DNA from: an uncultured Candidatus Saccharibacteria bacterium
Lineage (GTDB): Bacteria; Patescibacteriota; Saccharimonadia; Saccharimonadales; CAZNVG01
Direction of reading: 5' to 3'
NCBI GenBank assembly: GCA_964617855.1
Contig: CAZTXC010000002.1
Span: forward strand, 1-38,557
DNA length: 38,557 bases
Made by a program: the position numbers and the translations under genes. This document shows, in pieces, positions 8,001 through 17,495 of this stretch. The notes below the pieces were generated by a model. That model was not told the origin of the DNA and made no database searches. It saw nothing but the letters and a program-made list of their open reading frames with translations. Within the stretch, counting starts at the first letter, position 1. Every line of letters starts with the position of its first letter.

Positions 8001-8411
8001 ATGGTTTGGGTTGTGTTCGCCGTAGCTAGCTTGGTACTTCATGTGCAAGGATGGGTGATGTGGCTGCATGTACCGGCTTGCTTAGCAGTGCACCCAAGAC
8101 TACATGATCAACAAGCTGCGCTGGTGCTACTCGCCGCAGTTATTATCGATAGCGCACAGCTGAGTTCCTCCAGCGCTGTATTGGCTCTAGGCTACATAGG
8201 CCTTGGCATTGGTGTTGTGGTGGCGCGGTTATGGCATCACAACTTTGCGGTAAGTGTCATTGCGTTGGTACTTGGACAGGTTACCTTTGTAATCTGTATG
8301 GATTGGCGCCTATTGCGGGCCGCAGCATTCTATCTGCCTGCAATTCACGTAGCTATTTCCGCAGTACTGATGGTAATAGCCAGCATGTTCTTTAATCGGA
8401 AATCGGCATGA
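8001..8411 (+). CDS. mreD: MreD-like polytopic membrane protein
   Basis: 136-aa hydrophobic ORF in the canonical position between mreC and PBP2. The call rests on synteny and topology; there is no strong motif. Confidence 0.55.
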   Translation: MVWVVFAVASLVLHVQGWVMWLHVPACLAVHPRLHDQQAALVLLAAVIIDSAQLSSSSAVLALGYIGLGIGVVVARLWHHNFAVSVIALVLGQVTFVICMDWRLLRAAAFYLPAIHVAISAVLMVIASMFFNRKSA

Positions 8412-10285
8412 AGACGCATCGTGGGGTGCAGGACGATAGCTGGCTGCAATCATTCAGATCATCGGCTAATACGGTCAACACGGTGCTAAGCATGCGGACC
8501 AAAAGAATCAGTTACATTGCCTACGCAATTCTACTTTTTGTTGGTATAGGTATTTTGTTCGAGATGATTAATGTGCAAGTGAGAAATCATAGCTTGTACG
8601 CACGGTTAGCAAATGGAAATCGTGTCCGGGAACGTGTTATTTATGCTAAAAGAGGGAGAATACTCGATAAGCACGGCGCAGTTCTTGCAGAATCGAGACT
8701 CGCTACCCAGCTAGTAGTGTATCCGTATCTGCTTCCGCAGCAGAAGTCGCAACGTGGTATGTATCTAGCCAAGGTTGCCGCAGCGCTTGGCTGGTCTGAA
8801 GCTCAGCTCACGAATCGTATAAACAAATTATCTCAGCAAGACGTTCGCGCCAATGTTGTGTCTAGTCAACTGTCCCAAGAGAGCATAATTCGACTCGAGG
8901 AGATACTGTCCGGCGTCCAGGCGTTTGAGCTGCAGGACATCCCTTCGAGAACCTACTATTCAGCCGATGCGGTTGGGACAGTCATTGGCTACACCGGGCA
9001 AGTAACGGCTGAGTTGTTGGAGCAAGATAAAACAAAAGAACTTTTACCGACTGACCAGATCGGTCGTGAGGGCATTGAGGCTACTTTTGATACTGTTCTG
9101 CGCGGGAAAAACGGGCGCGAAAAAATTGAAGTTGATGCCGCTGGGCGACCAGTCGGTTTGTTAGCCAGACAGTCACCGGTCGCAGGCCAAGATGTAACGC
9201 TAACCATTGATATGGCGCTGCAACGATCACTGAGTCAAGCCCTGCAAAAACAAGTTGATGCGTCAGGGTCGCCCCGAGCTTCTGGAGTTATTTTGGACCC
9301 AAATTCGGGTGATGTCTTGGCCATGGTTAGTTTGCCTAACTACGACAACAATGAATTCGTCGGCGGTATTTCATCGCAGCGATACGATGAGCTCAACAAA
9401 GATCCGCGACAGCCATTGGTGAATAAGGCTATCACTAACGGTTATCCGTCCGGATCTATTATTAAGCCGCTGGTAGCAAGTGCGGCTTTACAGGAGCGCA
9501 TCATTACGCCGCAAACGACTATTGTCGACAAGGGTTTCATCGAGCTGCGTAGTCAAGTTGACCCAACCGTGACGTATCGCTACTACGGCTGGAACCACAA
9601 TGGTCTCGGTGCGATGCAATTAAGAAGTGCCTTGGCGTATAGCTCAAATATTTATTTCTTCACGGTTGGAGGTGGCCATCAGGCCCAAAGGGGATTGGGT
9701 ATAGATAGGCTCGACCAGTATTACCGTATGTTTGGGCTTGGGGCGCGAACCGGTATTCGCTTGCCTCATGAATGGGCTGGACGCGTGCCAGACCCAGAGT
9801 GGAAAAAACAGACTCTCAATGAACCATGGTTCTTGGGCGATACATATAATCTCTCAATTGGTCAGGGTGATCTTGCGGTAACACCGCTACAAATTAGCTT
9901 AGCTGAGGCGGCGATAGTAAACGACGGATATTTGTTTACCCCTAGAATCTCCCTTAATGAGGCGGTTGCCAGCAAAGAGTTACCAATCCAAAAATCGCAT
10001 CTTGCCGAGATAAGAGCCGGCATGAGACAGGTTGTTGAGTCTGCGGCAACATCACCGAGTGCTCTAAAAAAGCTGCCAGTGCCAGTAGCTGGTAAAAGCG
10101 GTACAGCAGAGACCGATACTCGCGGTGGAAGATGGCCACACTCTTGGTATGTGGGGTATGCGCCGTATGATAAGCCTCAGTATCTAATAACTGTTCTCGT
10201 TGAGGAAGGCAAAGACGGTGTTAGCTACTCAGGTGCGGCCGTTGCGGATACCTTAACCTCGATTTTTTCAGGTGGACAACGTTAG
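8408..10285 (+). CDS. mrdA: Penicillin-binding protein 2 (elongasome transpeptidase)
   Basis: N-terminal TM anchor, SxxK (SGSIIKP), SxN (YSSNIYF) and KSG (GKSGTAE) motifs. ATGA overlap with mreD. Confidence 0.9.
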   Translation: MKTHRGVQDDSWLQSFRSSANTVNTVLSMRTKRISYIAYAILLFVGIGILFEMINVQVRNHSLYARLANGNRVRERVIYAKRGRILDKHGAVLAESRLATQLVVYPYLLPQQKSQRGMYLAKVAAALGWSEAQLTNRINKLSQQDVRANVVSSQLSQESIIRLEEILSGVQAFELQDIPSRTYYSADAVGTVIGYTGQVTAELLEQDKTKELLPTDQIGREGIEATFDTVLRGKNGREKIEVDAAGRPVGLLARQSPVAGQDVTLTIDMALQRSLSQALQKQVDASGSPRASGVILDPNSGDVLAMVSLPNYDNNEFVGGISSQRYDELNKDPRQPLVNKAITNGYPSGSIIKPLVASAALQERIITPQTTIVDKGFIELRSQVDPTVTYRYYGWNHNGLGAMQLRSALAYSSNIYFFTVGGGHQAQRGLGIDRLDQYYRMFGLGARTGIRLPHEWAGRVPDPEWKKQTLNEPWFLGDTYNLSIGQGDLAVTPLQISLAEAAIVNDGYLFTPRISLNEAVASKELPIQKSHLAEIRAGMRQVVESAATSPSALKKLPVPVAGKSGTAETDTRGGRWPHSWYVGYAPYDKPQYLITVLVEEGKDGVSYSGAAVADTLTSIFSGGQR

Positions 10286-10311
10286 CAACAGCGGCTATAC
10301 TACCGCGTGAT

Positions 10312-10336
10312 GGAAGGCCGTGGGACCTTCCTTATT
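10312..10336 (+). terminator. Weak candidate terminator after the mre/PBP2 operon
   Basis: GGAAGG (10312-10317) and CCTTCC (10326-10331) form a hairpin followed by TTATT. Short stem and poor T-tract. Confidence 0.3.
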
Positions 10337-10374
10337 CATCATAAAGACTAAGCAATAAGCAGGAAATCACCTCA

Positions 10375-10833
10375 ATGAAAAAGGCATTCTATTTGACCAA
10401 CGACGGTAAGACCGAGTTAGAGTCCGAGCTTGAAGATCTTAAGGCGCAGCGTGGCCCCGCTGCAGAACGACTGAAGACTGCCCGGGGTATGGGCGATCTT
10501 TCGGAAAACGCCGAGTATGATGTTGCGCGTCGAGACCTTGAGCGCATTGAAGGACGAGTGACAGAGATCGAGCACATCTTACAAAATGCTGAAATTATTA
10601 AAGGTACTCGCGCGCAAAATGTGCGGCTTGGATCGGTTGTTACCCTAAAAAGTGATAGTGGAAAGAGCCAGCAGTTTACCATCGTCGGTACCGTTGAAGC
10701 GGATCCTCTAGAAGGAAAGATATCCGACGAGTCACCAATCGGCAAAGCTTTGATGGGCAAGGCGGTTGGCGATGCTGTTGAGATAAAAACACCCGCAGAA
10801 ACAGCAAGCTACAAGATCCAGACAATTAGTTAA
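10375..10833 (+). CDS. greA: Transcription elongation factor GreA
   Basis: 152 aa. GDLSENAEYDVARRDLERIEGRV coiled-coil tip with acidic residues and a C-terminal FKBP-like domain. Confidence 0.93.
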   Translation: MKKAFYLTNDGKTELESELEDLKAQRGPAAERLKTARGMGDLSENAEYDVARRDLERIEGRVTEIEHILQNAEIIKGTRAQNVRLGSVVTLKSDSGKSQQFTIVGTVEADPLEGKISDESPIGKALMGKAVGDAVEIKTPAETASYKIQTIS

Positions 10834-10847
10834 TCCTTTTGCACCTC

Positions 10848-10856
10848 TGATAAACT
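10848..10856 (+). promoter_or_regulatory. Extended -10 TGaTAAACT, 6 nt upstream of the lysS ATG
   Basis: TGa at 10848-10850, TAAACT at 10851-10856, spacer agcagt, ATG 10863. No SD in the 29-nt greA-lysS gap. Confidence 0.4.
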
Positions 10857-10862
10857 AGCAGT

Positions 10863-12398
10863 ATGCAATGGCTGACCCGCTTAGTTGAAGAAATTGCCTC
10901 CAGTCATCCGGAAGGGGAGATATTGGTGTCATCTGGTGTTTCGCCATCAGGTAAGTACCATGTGGGGACCCTGAGAGAAGTGCTTACTGCTGACGCTGTG
11001 CTCATCTTGTTGCGCAAACAAGGCCGCCAAGCTACGCATGTACATTTTGTGGATGATCTTGATGGTCTTCGAAAAGTTCCAGCAGGAGTTCCCGAGGAAT
11101 TCTCTCGTTTTTTGGGTAAACCGGTCTGTGATGTTCCTTCGCCTGACCCAAATACAGCCGATTCATATGCAGACTACTATCTCAACGATTTCGTCAGCAA
11201 CATTGGCGTATTAGGGATCGATATGGAAGTCGTGCGTAGCCACGAAAAGTACCGAGAGGGATATTTTGTGCCGTCCATCGAGCGAGCCTTGAATAATATT
11301 GCTGAGACTCGGGCTTGTCTAGAAGAAGTGTCGGGGCGAAAATTGGGTGCTGAGTGGTCGCCAATTCAGGTCAACGAGGGTGGGTATCTCAAAAAACGGG
11401 CTTTTGTTGGGCTTGATGAAAAAGCCAAACGGGTCACATATGTGGACGTAGACGGGAATGAACAGTCTATTTCGTACGCCAATGGTGAGGTTAAGCTCGA
11501 TTGGCGTATCGATTGGCCTGCTCGTTGGTGGCAACTTGGTGTAGCAGTTGAGCCCTTCGGGCGTGACCATGCGAGCAAAGGTGGCAGTTACGATACGGGT
11601 AAGGCCATTGTTGAGCGTGTATTTAAGGCGCAAGCGCCAACGCCTGTGCCGTACGAGTTTATTAACCGAGCTGGCGAGACTAAAAAAATGAGCAAAAGTG
11701 CTGGTAACACGGTTACTATTTCTGAATTGCTTGCTGTACTTCCGCCCGAAATTGTTCGATATTTTGTCCTTCGATATGCTCCAGATAAGCAGCTTTTCTT
11801 CGATCAAGAAGATGGCATCGTTCGGCTGATAGACGAGTATGCCGAGTTGCTAGCAAAGCCAGATAAGACAGGCGAGGAAGAGCTGCTACTTCTCATTTGT
11901 GCCAGTACACTCAAAAAGAACACTATTAGCAATGTGCCGTTCTCGCACTTAGTTGCCAGCTATCAAGCAGCACTACGAGATATCGATAAAACATTGGATA
12001 TCATTCGGCGCACTGAGCACGGTGTCATTGTTGATGAGCAAGAGGAGGTAATTAGGGCTGAGCTTGGATATGTAGGTCGCTGGCTAGATGCTTGGGCTCC
12101 TGAGAAAATGAAGTTCGAGCTGGTCTCTACGGTTGATGTCTCGCGTCTTAGCGAGGCGCAGAAGAACTTTCTATACAGTCTTGGTAAGAAAGTTTCTCAG
12201 GCTCCCGAAGATGCTGATGGAGCATGGTTCCATCAGGCAATATATGAATTCAAGGAAACAAGCGGGCTTGAGCCCAAAGACTTATTTAAGACTCTGTACC
12301 AGGTACTGATTGGAAAAGACGCTGGCCCAAGGGCAGGGTGGTTCCTGTCGATTTTGCCGCGCGACTGGTTAATTAAGCGACTGCATTTAGATGACTGA
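10863..12398 (+). CDS. lysS: Lysine--tRNA ligase, class I
   Basis: SGVSPSGKYHVGTLREV (HIGH region), KLDWRIDWPARW, EPFGRDHASKGGSYDTG and KMSKSAGN. The architecture is class I LysRS, not class II. Confidence 0.9.
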   Translation: MQWLTRLVEEIASSHPEGEILVSSGVSPSGKYHVGTLREVLTADAVLILLRKQGRQATHVHFVDDLDGLRKVPAGVPEEFSRFLGKPVCDVPSPDPNTADSYADYYLNDFVSNIGVLGIDMEVVRSHEKYREGYFVPSIERALNNIAETRACLEEVSGRKLGAEWSPIQVNEGGYLKKRAFVGLDEKAKRVTYVDVDGNEQSISYANGEVKLDWRIDWPARWWQLGVAVEPFGRDHASKGGSYDTGKAIVERVFKAQAPTPVPYEFINRAGETKKMSKSAGNTVTISELLAVLPPEIVRYFVLRYAPDKQLFFDQEDGIVRLIDEYAELLAKPDKTGEEELLLLICASTLKKNTISNVPFSHLVASYQAALRDIDKTLDIIRRTEHGVIVDEQEEVIRAELGYVGRWLDAWAPEKMKFELVSTVDVSRLSEAQKNFLYSLGKKVSQAPEDADGAWFHQAIYEFKETSGLEPKDLFKTLYQVLIGKDAGPRAGWFLSILPRDWLIKRLHLDD

Positions 12399-13134
12399 GA
12401 TAGCACCATCTGAACGTAGCTTTGATGTTTTAGACTACAAGTTGCCGGGCGTGGTTTTTATGCCCGAGAATCCGAATATGGGCTTTGTGCTTTGGCTGTA
12501 CGGGAGTAATTCAAATCGCCAAAAGCATTATCCTGTATTGGGTAAAATAGCTTCGGAAGTTAATCTGCCGACATTTTGTTTTGACTACTCAGGCCATGGC
12601 GATGCTCCGTTTGAGTTTGATAAAACGACACCAGCCCAGCACTTCCTAGAAGTGATTACAGTGTACGATGAGCTGTGCGCTGAATTCGGTTGCGGTGGCG
12701 GAGCAGTCGTGTCGACAAGCTACGGCAGCTACTTGCAACTGCAGCTACTGAAGTATCGTCAAGTTATTGCGGGTATTTTGCGCGCACCTGCTATGTTCCG
12801 CCCAAGTAGTTTTTACACTCGGTGGGAGAACCTGCTCAATGAAGACGAGGACCAGTATCGTCACGATCCAGATGAACTAGCCAAACACCCACTCCTTGCT
12901 CGAGCAGGAGCGAACAAAGCTCCAATGCTTGTAGTTGAACATGCTGCTGACGATGTGATTCCATCTATGATACCAACAACAATTGCTCATATGCTGGGCA
13001 ACGCCGAATTGAAGTCGGTGCCGGATTTGCCCCATAGTCTGAGCCAGGCAACCGAGGAGCAATGTATTGCCTACGAAGACATGCTCATCAGTTGGCTAAA
13101 GAAACATCTCAAACCCTCGCAAGACCAGGTATAA
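12391..13134 (+). CDS. Alpha/beta-fold hydrolase
   Basis: 247 aa. YSGHGDA, nucleophile elbow VVSTSYGSY, acid in AADDVIP and LPHSL, in the usual Ser-Asp-His order. Overlaps the lysS stop by 8 nt. Substrate unknown. Confidence 0.55.
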   Translation: MTEIAPSERSFDVLDYKLPGVVFMPENPNMGFVLWLYGSNSNRQKHYPVLGKIASEVNLPTFCFDYSGHGDAPFEFDKTTPAQHFLEVITVYDELCAEFGCGGGAVVSTSYGSYLQLQLLKYRQVIAGILRAPAMFRPSSFYTRWENLLNEDEDQYRHDPDELAKHPLLARAGANKAPMLVVEHAADDVIPSMIPTTIAHMLGNAELKSVPDLPHSLSQATEEQCIAYEDMLISWLKKHLKPSQDQV

Positions 13135-13135
13135 T
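13130..13135 (+). promoter_or_regulatory. Putative -10 TATAAT, 8 nt upstream of the serS ATG
   Basis: A perfect TATAAT overlaps the hydrolase stop codon. ATG at 13144. Confidence 0.35.
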
Positions 13136-13143
13136 AGAGGTAT

Positions 13144-14439
13144 ATGATCGATATACAGGTGGTTCGAGACGACCCGGACCGTGTCAAAGCATTCACCAAA
13201 GCTAAGGGCTACGAGGTAGATATTGATGCGTTATTACGCGCCGATGAGGACCGGCGGCGTCTTACGCGTGAAATAGAAGACAAGCGTACAGAACGTAATA
13301 AGTTAATTGCCGTAAGTAAGGGGCAGCGACCGAGTGATGAGCAGATACAAAAAGGCCGGTATGTACGTGAAGAAATCGATGCACTTGAAAATGAGTTAAA
13401 AACTGCCGAAGCTACATACACAAAACTGCTCAGGCAAGTTCCTAATGCACCCACGGCAGATGTTCCGCTTGGGGCTAGCGAAGACGAGAATGTCGTCGTC
13501 AAGACTGTCGGCGAGAAGCCAAAGTTTGACTTTGAACCCAAAAACCACTGGGAGATTGGTCAGGCCAAGGGATGGATCGACAAAGAGAGAGCTGCCAAGG
13601 TTGCTGGTAGCCGATTTGTGTATCTCATGGGTGACTTGGTTCGTTTAGAATTTGCGTTGTGGCAATTTGCGCTTGACAGACTAACTGATGAAAAAGTGAT
13701 CGCCAAGTTGGTTGCAGACAACAAGCTGAGCATTAGTACAAAACCATTTACTCCTGTGTTGCCCCCAGCGGTTGCTAGGACCTCTATCTATGAATCCACT
13801 GGGCGCCTGAATGGGGAAGAAGAGACTTATAAGCTAGCCGAAGACGACCTGTGGTTGAATGCGAGTGCCGAACATACCTTGGCGCCCATGTATCACGGTG
13901 AGATTCTAGCTGAAGCTGATCTCCCATTACGATATGTCGGCTACACCACAGCCTTTCGCCGCGAAGCAGGTACCTATGGCAAGGACATGGAGGGTATTCT
14001 TCGACTCCATCAATTCAATAAACTGGAAATGGAGAGTTTTAATCTGCCAGAGCAGTCTCTCGAAGAGCATCTGCTCATGATTGCTATCCAAGAGTACCTG
14101 ATGCAGGAACTTAAATTGCCGTATCAGTTGCTAATGAAGTGCACGGCTGACATTGGCAAGCCAAACGCCCGTGGCGTTGATATCGAAGTGTGGCTGCCCG
14201 GTCAAGATAGGTATCGCGAGACGCATACCGCAGACTACATCACTGACTATCAGGCTCGAGGTATGGGGACACGGGTTCGTAGGAGTGACGGCAAGGTTCA
14301 GTTTGTTCATACAAATGACGCAACTGCGTTCTCGGAGCGACCACTCATTGGTATTCTTGAAAACTACCAGACGAAGGATGGTGATGTTCGTGTTCCAGAT
14401 GTATTAAAGAGCTATATGGGTGGTAAGGAGATTCTATGA
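13144..14439 (+). CDS. serS: Serine--tRNA ligase
   Basis: 431 aa. N-terminal coiled-coil arm (MIDIQVVRDDPDRV...) and class II motifs (FRREAGTYGKDMEGILRLHQF, TNDATAFSERPL). Confidence 0.95.
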   Translation: MIDIQVVRDDPDRVKAFTKAKGYEVDIDALLRADEDRRRLTREIEDKRTERNKLIAVSKGQRPSDEQIQKGRYVREEIDALENELKTAEATYTKLLRQVPNAPTADVPLGASEDENVVVKTVGEKPKFDFEPKNHWEIGQAKGWIDKERAAKVAGSRFVYLMGDLVRLEFALWQFALDRLTDEKVIAKLVADNKLSISTKPFTPVLPPAVARTSIYESTGRLNGEEETYKLAEDDLWLNASAEHTLAPMYHGEILAEADLPLRYVGYTTAFRREAGTYGKDMEGILRLHQFNKLEMESFNLPEQSLEEHLLMIAIQEYLMQELKLPYQLLMKCTADIGKPNARGVDIEVWLPGQDRYRETHTADYITDYQARGMGTRVRRSDGKVQFVHTNDATAFSERPLIGILENYQTKDGDVRVPDVLKSYMGGKEIL

Positions 14440-14804
14440 TTGAGCGAATCGAAATTAGTAGCCAACATTACACTGCAACCGATGATGTGCGCAAGTACGT
14501 GCACAAAAAAATCGGTCGCCTAGACAGGTTTATGGCCTCCCACGCTAAAAAGAGCGCGCATGCCCAAGTAAAACTTAAGCAAGAAAAAGCTAAAGACAAA
14601 AATCGCTACACAGCCGAGGTAATCCTGTTTGTTCCGCATGGCAAAATAACTGCCAAAGAGTCGACAATGAACATTTACGCTGCAATTGATATCGTTGAAG
14701 CCAAGCTCAAAACGCAACTTAAACGGGCAAAAGATAAAGTAACGGAACACCCTCAGAGTCGGAGTCGCCTCCTGGGTCGGCTAAAGAAGCTTGCTCGAAG
14801 GTGA
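14436..14804 (+). CDS. hpf: Ribosome hibernation factor, HPF/RaiA (YfiA) family, short form
   Basis: MIERIEISSQHYTATDDVRKYVHKKIGRLDRF and AAIDIVEAKLKTQLKR are typical S30AE/HPF sequence. ATGA overlap with serS. Confidence 0.85.
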   Translation: MIERIEISSQHYTATDDVRKYVHKKIGRLDRFMASHAKKSAHAQVKLKQEKAKDKNRYTAEVILFVPHGKITAKESTMNIYAAIDIVEAKLKTQLKRAKDKVTEHPQSRSRLLGRLKKLARR

Positions 14805-14869
14805 AATACTGGGGTAAACTAGCAAGTACTGATTGTGTCAAATAGTTAGAGAAAGGAAGGTGTTCCCGA

Positions 14870-17485
14870 GTGAAACGGTTGGTCCGGCGCGTACTAGGCG
14901 ACCCACAAATACAGACCATCAAGCGCCTTCGTAAGAAGGTTAAGTTAGTGAATGATCAAGCTGATGCCTTCGCAAAGCTAACTGATAAACAGCTAAAAGA
15001 AAAAACAACCGATTTCAAAAAACGTCTGGAGAAGAAAGGCACCACGCTTGATACGCTTTTACCAGAGGCATTCGCGGCAGTTCGGGAGGCGGCTAGTCGT
15101 GCTATCGGGCAGAGGCACTTTGATGTTCAGCTGATTGGGGGCATGATTCTGCACGAAGGTGCTGTTGCTGAGATGAAGACAGGTGAGGGTAAGACGCTCG
15201 TCGCTACTCTGCCAGTGTATCTCAATGCCCTCGATGGTAAGGGTGCACATGTTATTACTGTGAACGATTACCTTGCGCAGCGTGATGCAGGTTGGATGGG
15301 GCAAGTGTATGACAGGCTCGGCTTAAGTACGGGCGTGATTATTGCTGACGAGTCATTTATTTTTGATGCTAAGTTCTCTAATGAAGACCACGAAGACCCT
15401 CGTTTTAAACACCTAAAACCATGTACGCGCAAAGAGGCTTACGCGGCGGACATAACATACGGTACAAATAATGAGTTTGGGTTTGATTATCTACGAGATA
15501 ACATGGTTCGTGAGCCCGACCAACTAAGGCAACGAGACCTCCATTTTGCTATCGTTGACGAAGTTGACTCAATATTAATTGACGAAGCGCGTACGCCGCT
15601 CATTATCTCGGCGCCTGCTGCAGATAGTAATCAGAGCTATAGCCAATTTTCGACGATTGTTCGTCAGTTAACTCCTGAACAAGATTATGTGATCGACGAA
15701 AAGCAGCGGGCCGTTACGCTCACTGACGAGGGAGCTGAACGAGTGCAAAAGATGATCAATGTGGAGAATCTTTATGCGCCAGAGAACGTTAAATTGATTT
15801 ACCATCTTGACCAGGCGCTTAAGGCAGAGGGCTTGTTCAAGCGTGATAAGGACTATGTTGTCGCCAAAGATGGCGAAGTTATCATTGTGGACGAGTTTAC
15901 GGGCCGGTTGATGAATGGTCGCCGATACAACGAAGGGCTGCATCAAGCGATTGAGGCCAAAGAGGGTGTTGAAGTACAAGAAGAATCTATGACGCTGGCT
16001 ACGATATCGTTCCAGAATTACTTCCGACTGTACGCAAAGTTGTCCGGTATGACTGGAACCGCCCAAACAGAGAGCGAAGAATTCCACCAGATTTATAAGC
16101 TCGATGTTGTTGAGGTTCCGACCAACAAGCCAATCTCTCGCCTCGACTTAATTGATAAGATTTACAAAACAGAACACGGTAAATTCAAGGCAATTGTTGA
16201 GCAGGTACGAGAACTACATCTCAAAGGTCAACCCGTGCTTCTTGGTACGGTTTCAATTGAGAAGAATGAACTCCTCGGTACTATGTTGAAGAAAGCGGGC
16301 ATACCGTATCAAGTGCTTAATGCCAAGAACAACGAACGAGAAGCGGGTATTATTGCCAAAGCGGGGCAGAAGGGTGCCGTAACGTTGGCTACTAACATAG
16401 CTGGTCGTGGTACGGACATTGTATTAGACAAAGAAGTGCTAGAGCTCGGCGGGTTGTTTGTTCTTGGTTCTGAGCGGCATGAATCTCGACGTATCGATAA
16501 CCAGCTGAGGGGTCGAGCCGGACGGCAAGGGGATCCGGGTACGACGCAATTCTTTGTCTCTTGCGAAGACGACCTGATGCGTATATTCGCGGGTGAACGA
16601 ATCAGTTCGCTTATGGATCGGCTAGGCGTAGATGAAGACACGCCAATCGAAAACCGTGCAGTGTCGCGTGCTATTGAAGCTGCCCAGAAGAAAGTAGAAG
16701 GGTTTAACTTCGATGTGCGCAAAAATGTTGTCCAATACGATGACGTTATGAACCGGCATCGTAAAGCAACCTACACGCGGCGTCGCGAATTACTTATGAA
16801 GGAAGACGTCGGTGGCGTCATAAAGGAAATGTTAGTCGAAGAGGCCGCCTTTATTGCTCGCTTTGATAGCAGTGATGAGATTGACTTCAGGGCAGAGGTG
16901 CATGCGCTGGTACCAATGCCGGATAAGCAGCTCGACAAGCTTGTTGCCGCGACCACGTATGTGGATCGACAGGAGATTATTCAAGCGGCGGCAGCTAAAA
17001 TCTACAAACAGCAAATAAAGACCTTTGGAGAGGACGTTTTTCATCAGGTAGAGCGTGATATTTACTTACAGACTCTTGATACCCTCTGGATGCAACACCT
17101 TGAAAACATGCAGCATTTGCGCGAAGGCATTAACTGGCGTTCGGTCGGGCAGCGCGATCCGCTGGTTGAGTATCGTCGTGAAGGCCAGCACCTTTTCGAC
17201 ACTATGCTGTCCAATATACGTCACGAAGTTGTACGTGGGGTTATGCATGCTGAACCAACAGGTGTAGTTAGTGAAGAACTATCTGAAACTGAATTAACCC
17301 GCGCCGCTCGAAGTTCGGTAGATAACGCCGATAAAGTTATCGAGGTTGACCACACGACGGAGTTTGCCGAGTCTGATGAACCGGTCAAGCTGGAGGCACC
17401 TCGCTCGGCAACTAAGTCACATGATTCAAAAGATAAAAAACGACAAAAGCGTAAGCAGCAGCGCAAGAATCGCCGGAAGCGGTAG
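14870..17485 (+). CDS. secA: Preprotein translocase ATPase SecA
   Basis: 871 aa. MKTGEGKTLVATLP (Walker A), DEVDSILIDEARTPLIIS, TNIAGRGTDI, and LRGRAGRQGDPG. GTG start with GAAAGGAAGG SD. Confidence 0.97.
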   Translation: MKRLVRRVLGDPQIQTIKRLRKKVKLVNDQADAFAKLTDKQLKEKTTDFKKRLEKKGTTLDTLLPEAFAAVREAASRAIGQRHFDVQLIGGMILHEGAVAEMKTGEGKTLVATLPVYLNALDGKGAHVITVNDYLAQRDAGWMGQVYDRLGLSTGVIIADESFIFDAKFSNEDHEDPRFKHLKPCTRKEAYAADITYGTNNEFGFDYLRDNMVREPDQLRQRDLHFAIVDEVDSILIDEARTPLIISAPAADSNQSYSQFSTIVRQLTPEQDYVIDEKQRAVTLTDEGAERVQKMINVENLYAPENVKLIYHLDQALKAEGLFKRDKDYVVAKDGEVIIVDEFTGRLMNGRRYNEGLHQAIEAKEGVEVQEESMTLATISFQNYFRLYAKLSGMTGTAQTESEEFHQIYKLDVVEVPTNKPISRLDLIDKIYKTEHGKFKAIVEQVRELHLKGQPVLLGTVSIEKNELLGTMLKKAGIPYQVLNAKNNEREAGIIAKAGQKGAVTLATNIAGRGTDIVLDKEVLELGGLFVLGSERHESRRIDNQLRGRAGRQGDPGTTQFFVSCEDDLMRIFAGERISSLMDRLGVDEDTPIENRAVSRAIEAAQKKVEGFNFDVRKNVVQYDDVMNRHRKATYTRRRELLMKEDVGGVIKEMLVEEAAFIARFDSSDEIDFRAEVHALVPMPDKQLDKLVAATTYVDRQEIIQAAAAKIYKQQIKTFGEDVFHQVERDIYLQTLDTLWMQHLENMQHLREGINWRSVGQRDPLVEYRREGQHLFDTMLSNIRHEVVRGVMHAEPTGVVSEELSETELTRAARSSVDNADKVIEVDHTTEFAESDEPVKLEAPRSATKSHDSKDKKRQKRKQQRKNRRKR

Positions 17486-17495
17486 CGGAGTAGCC

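Noticed and set aside
10834-10862. T-box or riboswitch leaders ahead of the aminoacyl-tRNA synthetase genes (lysS, serS, proS, glyQS)
   Set aside because: The upstream gaps are only 29, 9, 7 and 31 nt. That is far too short for a T-box (over 180 nt) or any known riboswitch. The only structured leader candidate is the 148-nt proB upstream region, reported separately.
17346-17495. Long N-terminal extension of the M16 peptidase ORF overlapping the secA 3' end
   Set aside because: The extension is Ser/Arg-rich out-of-frame read-through of the secA basic tail. GTG 17496 has a GGAG 5 nt upstream and sits just after the secA stop.
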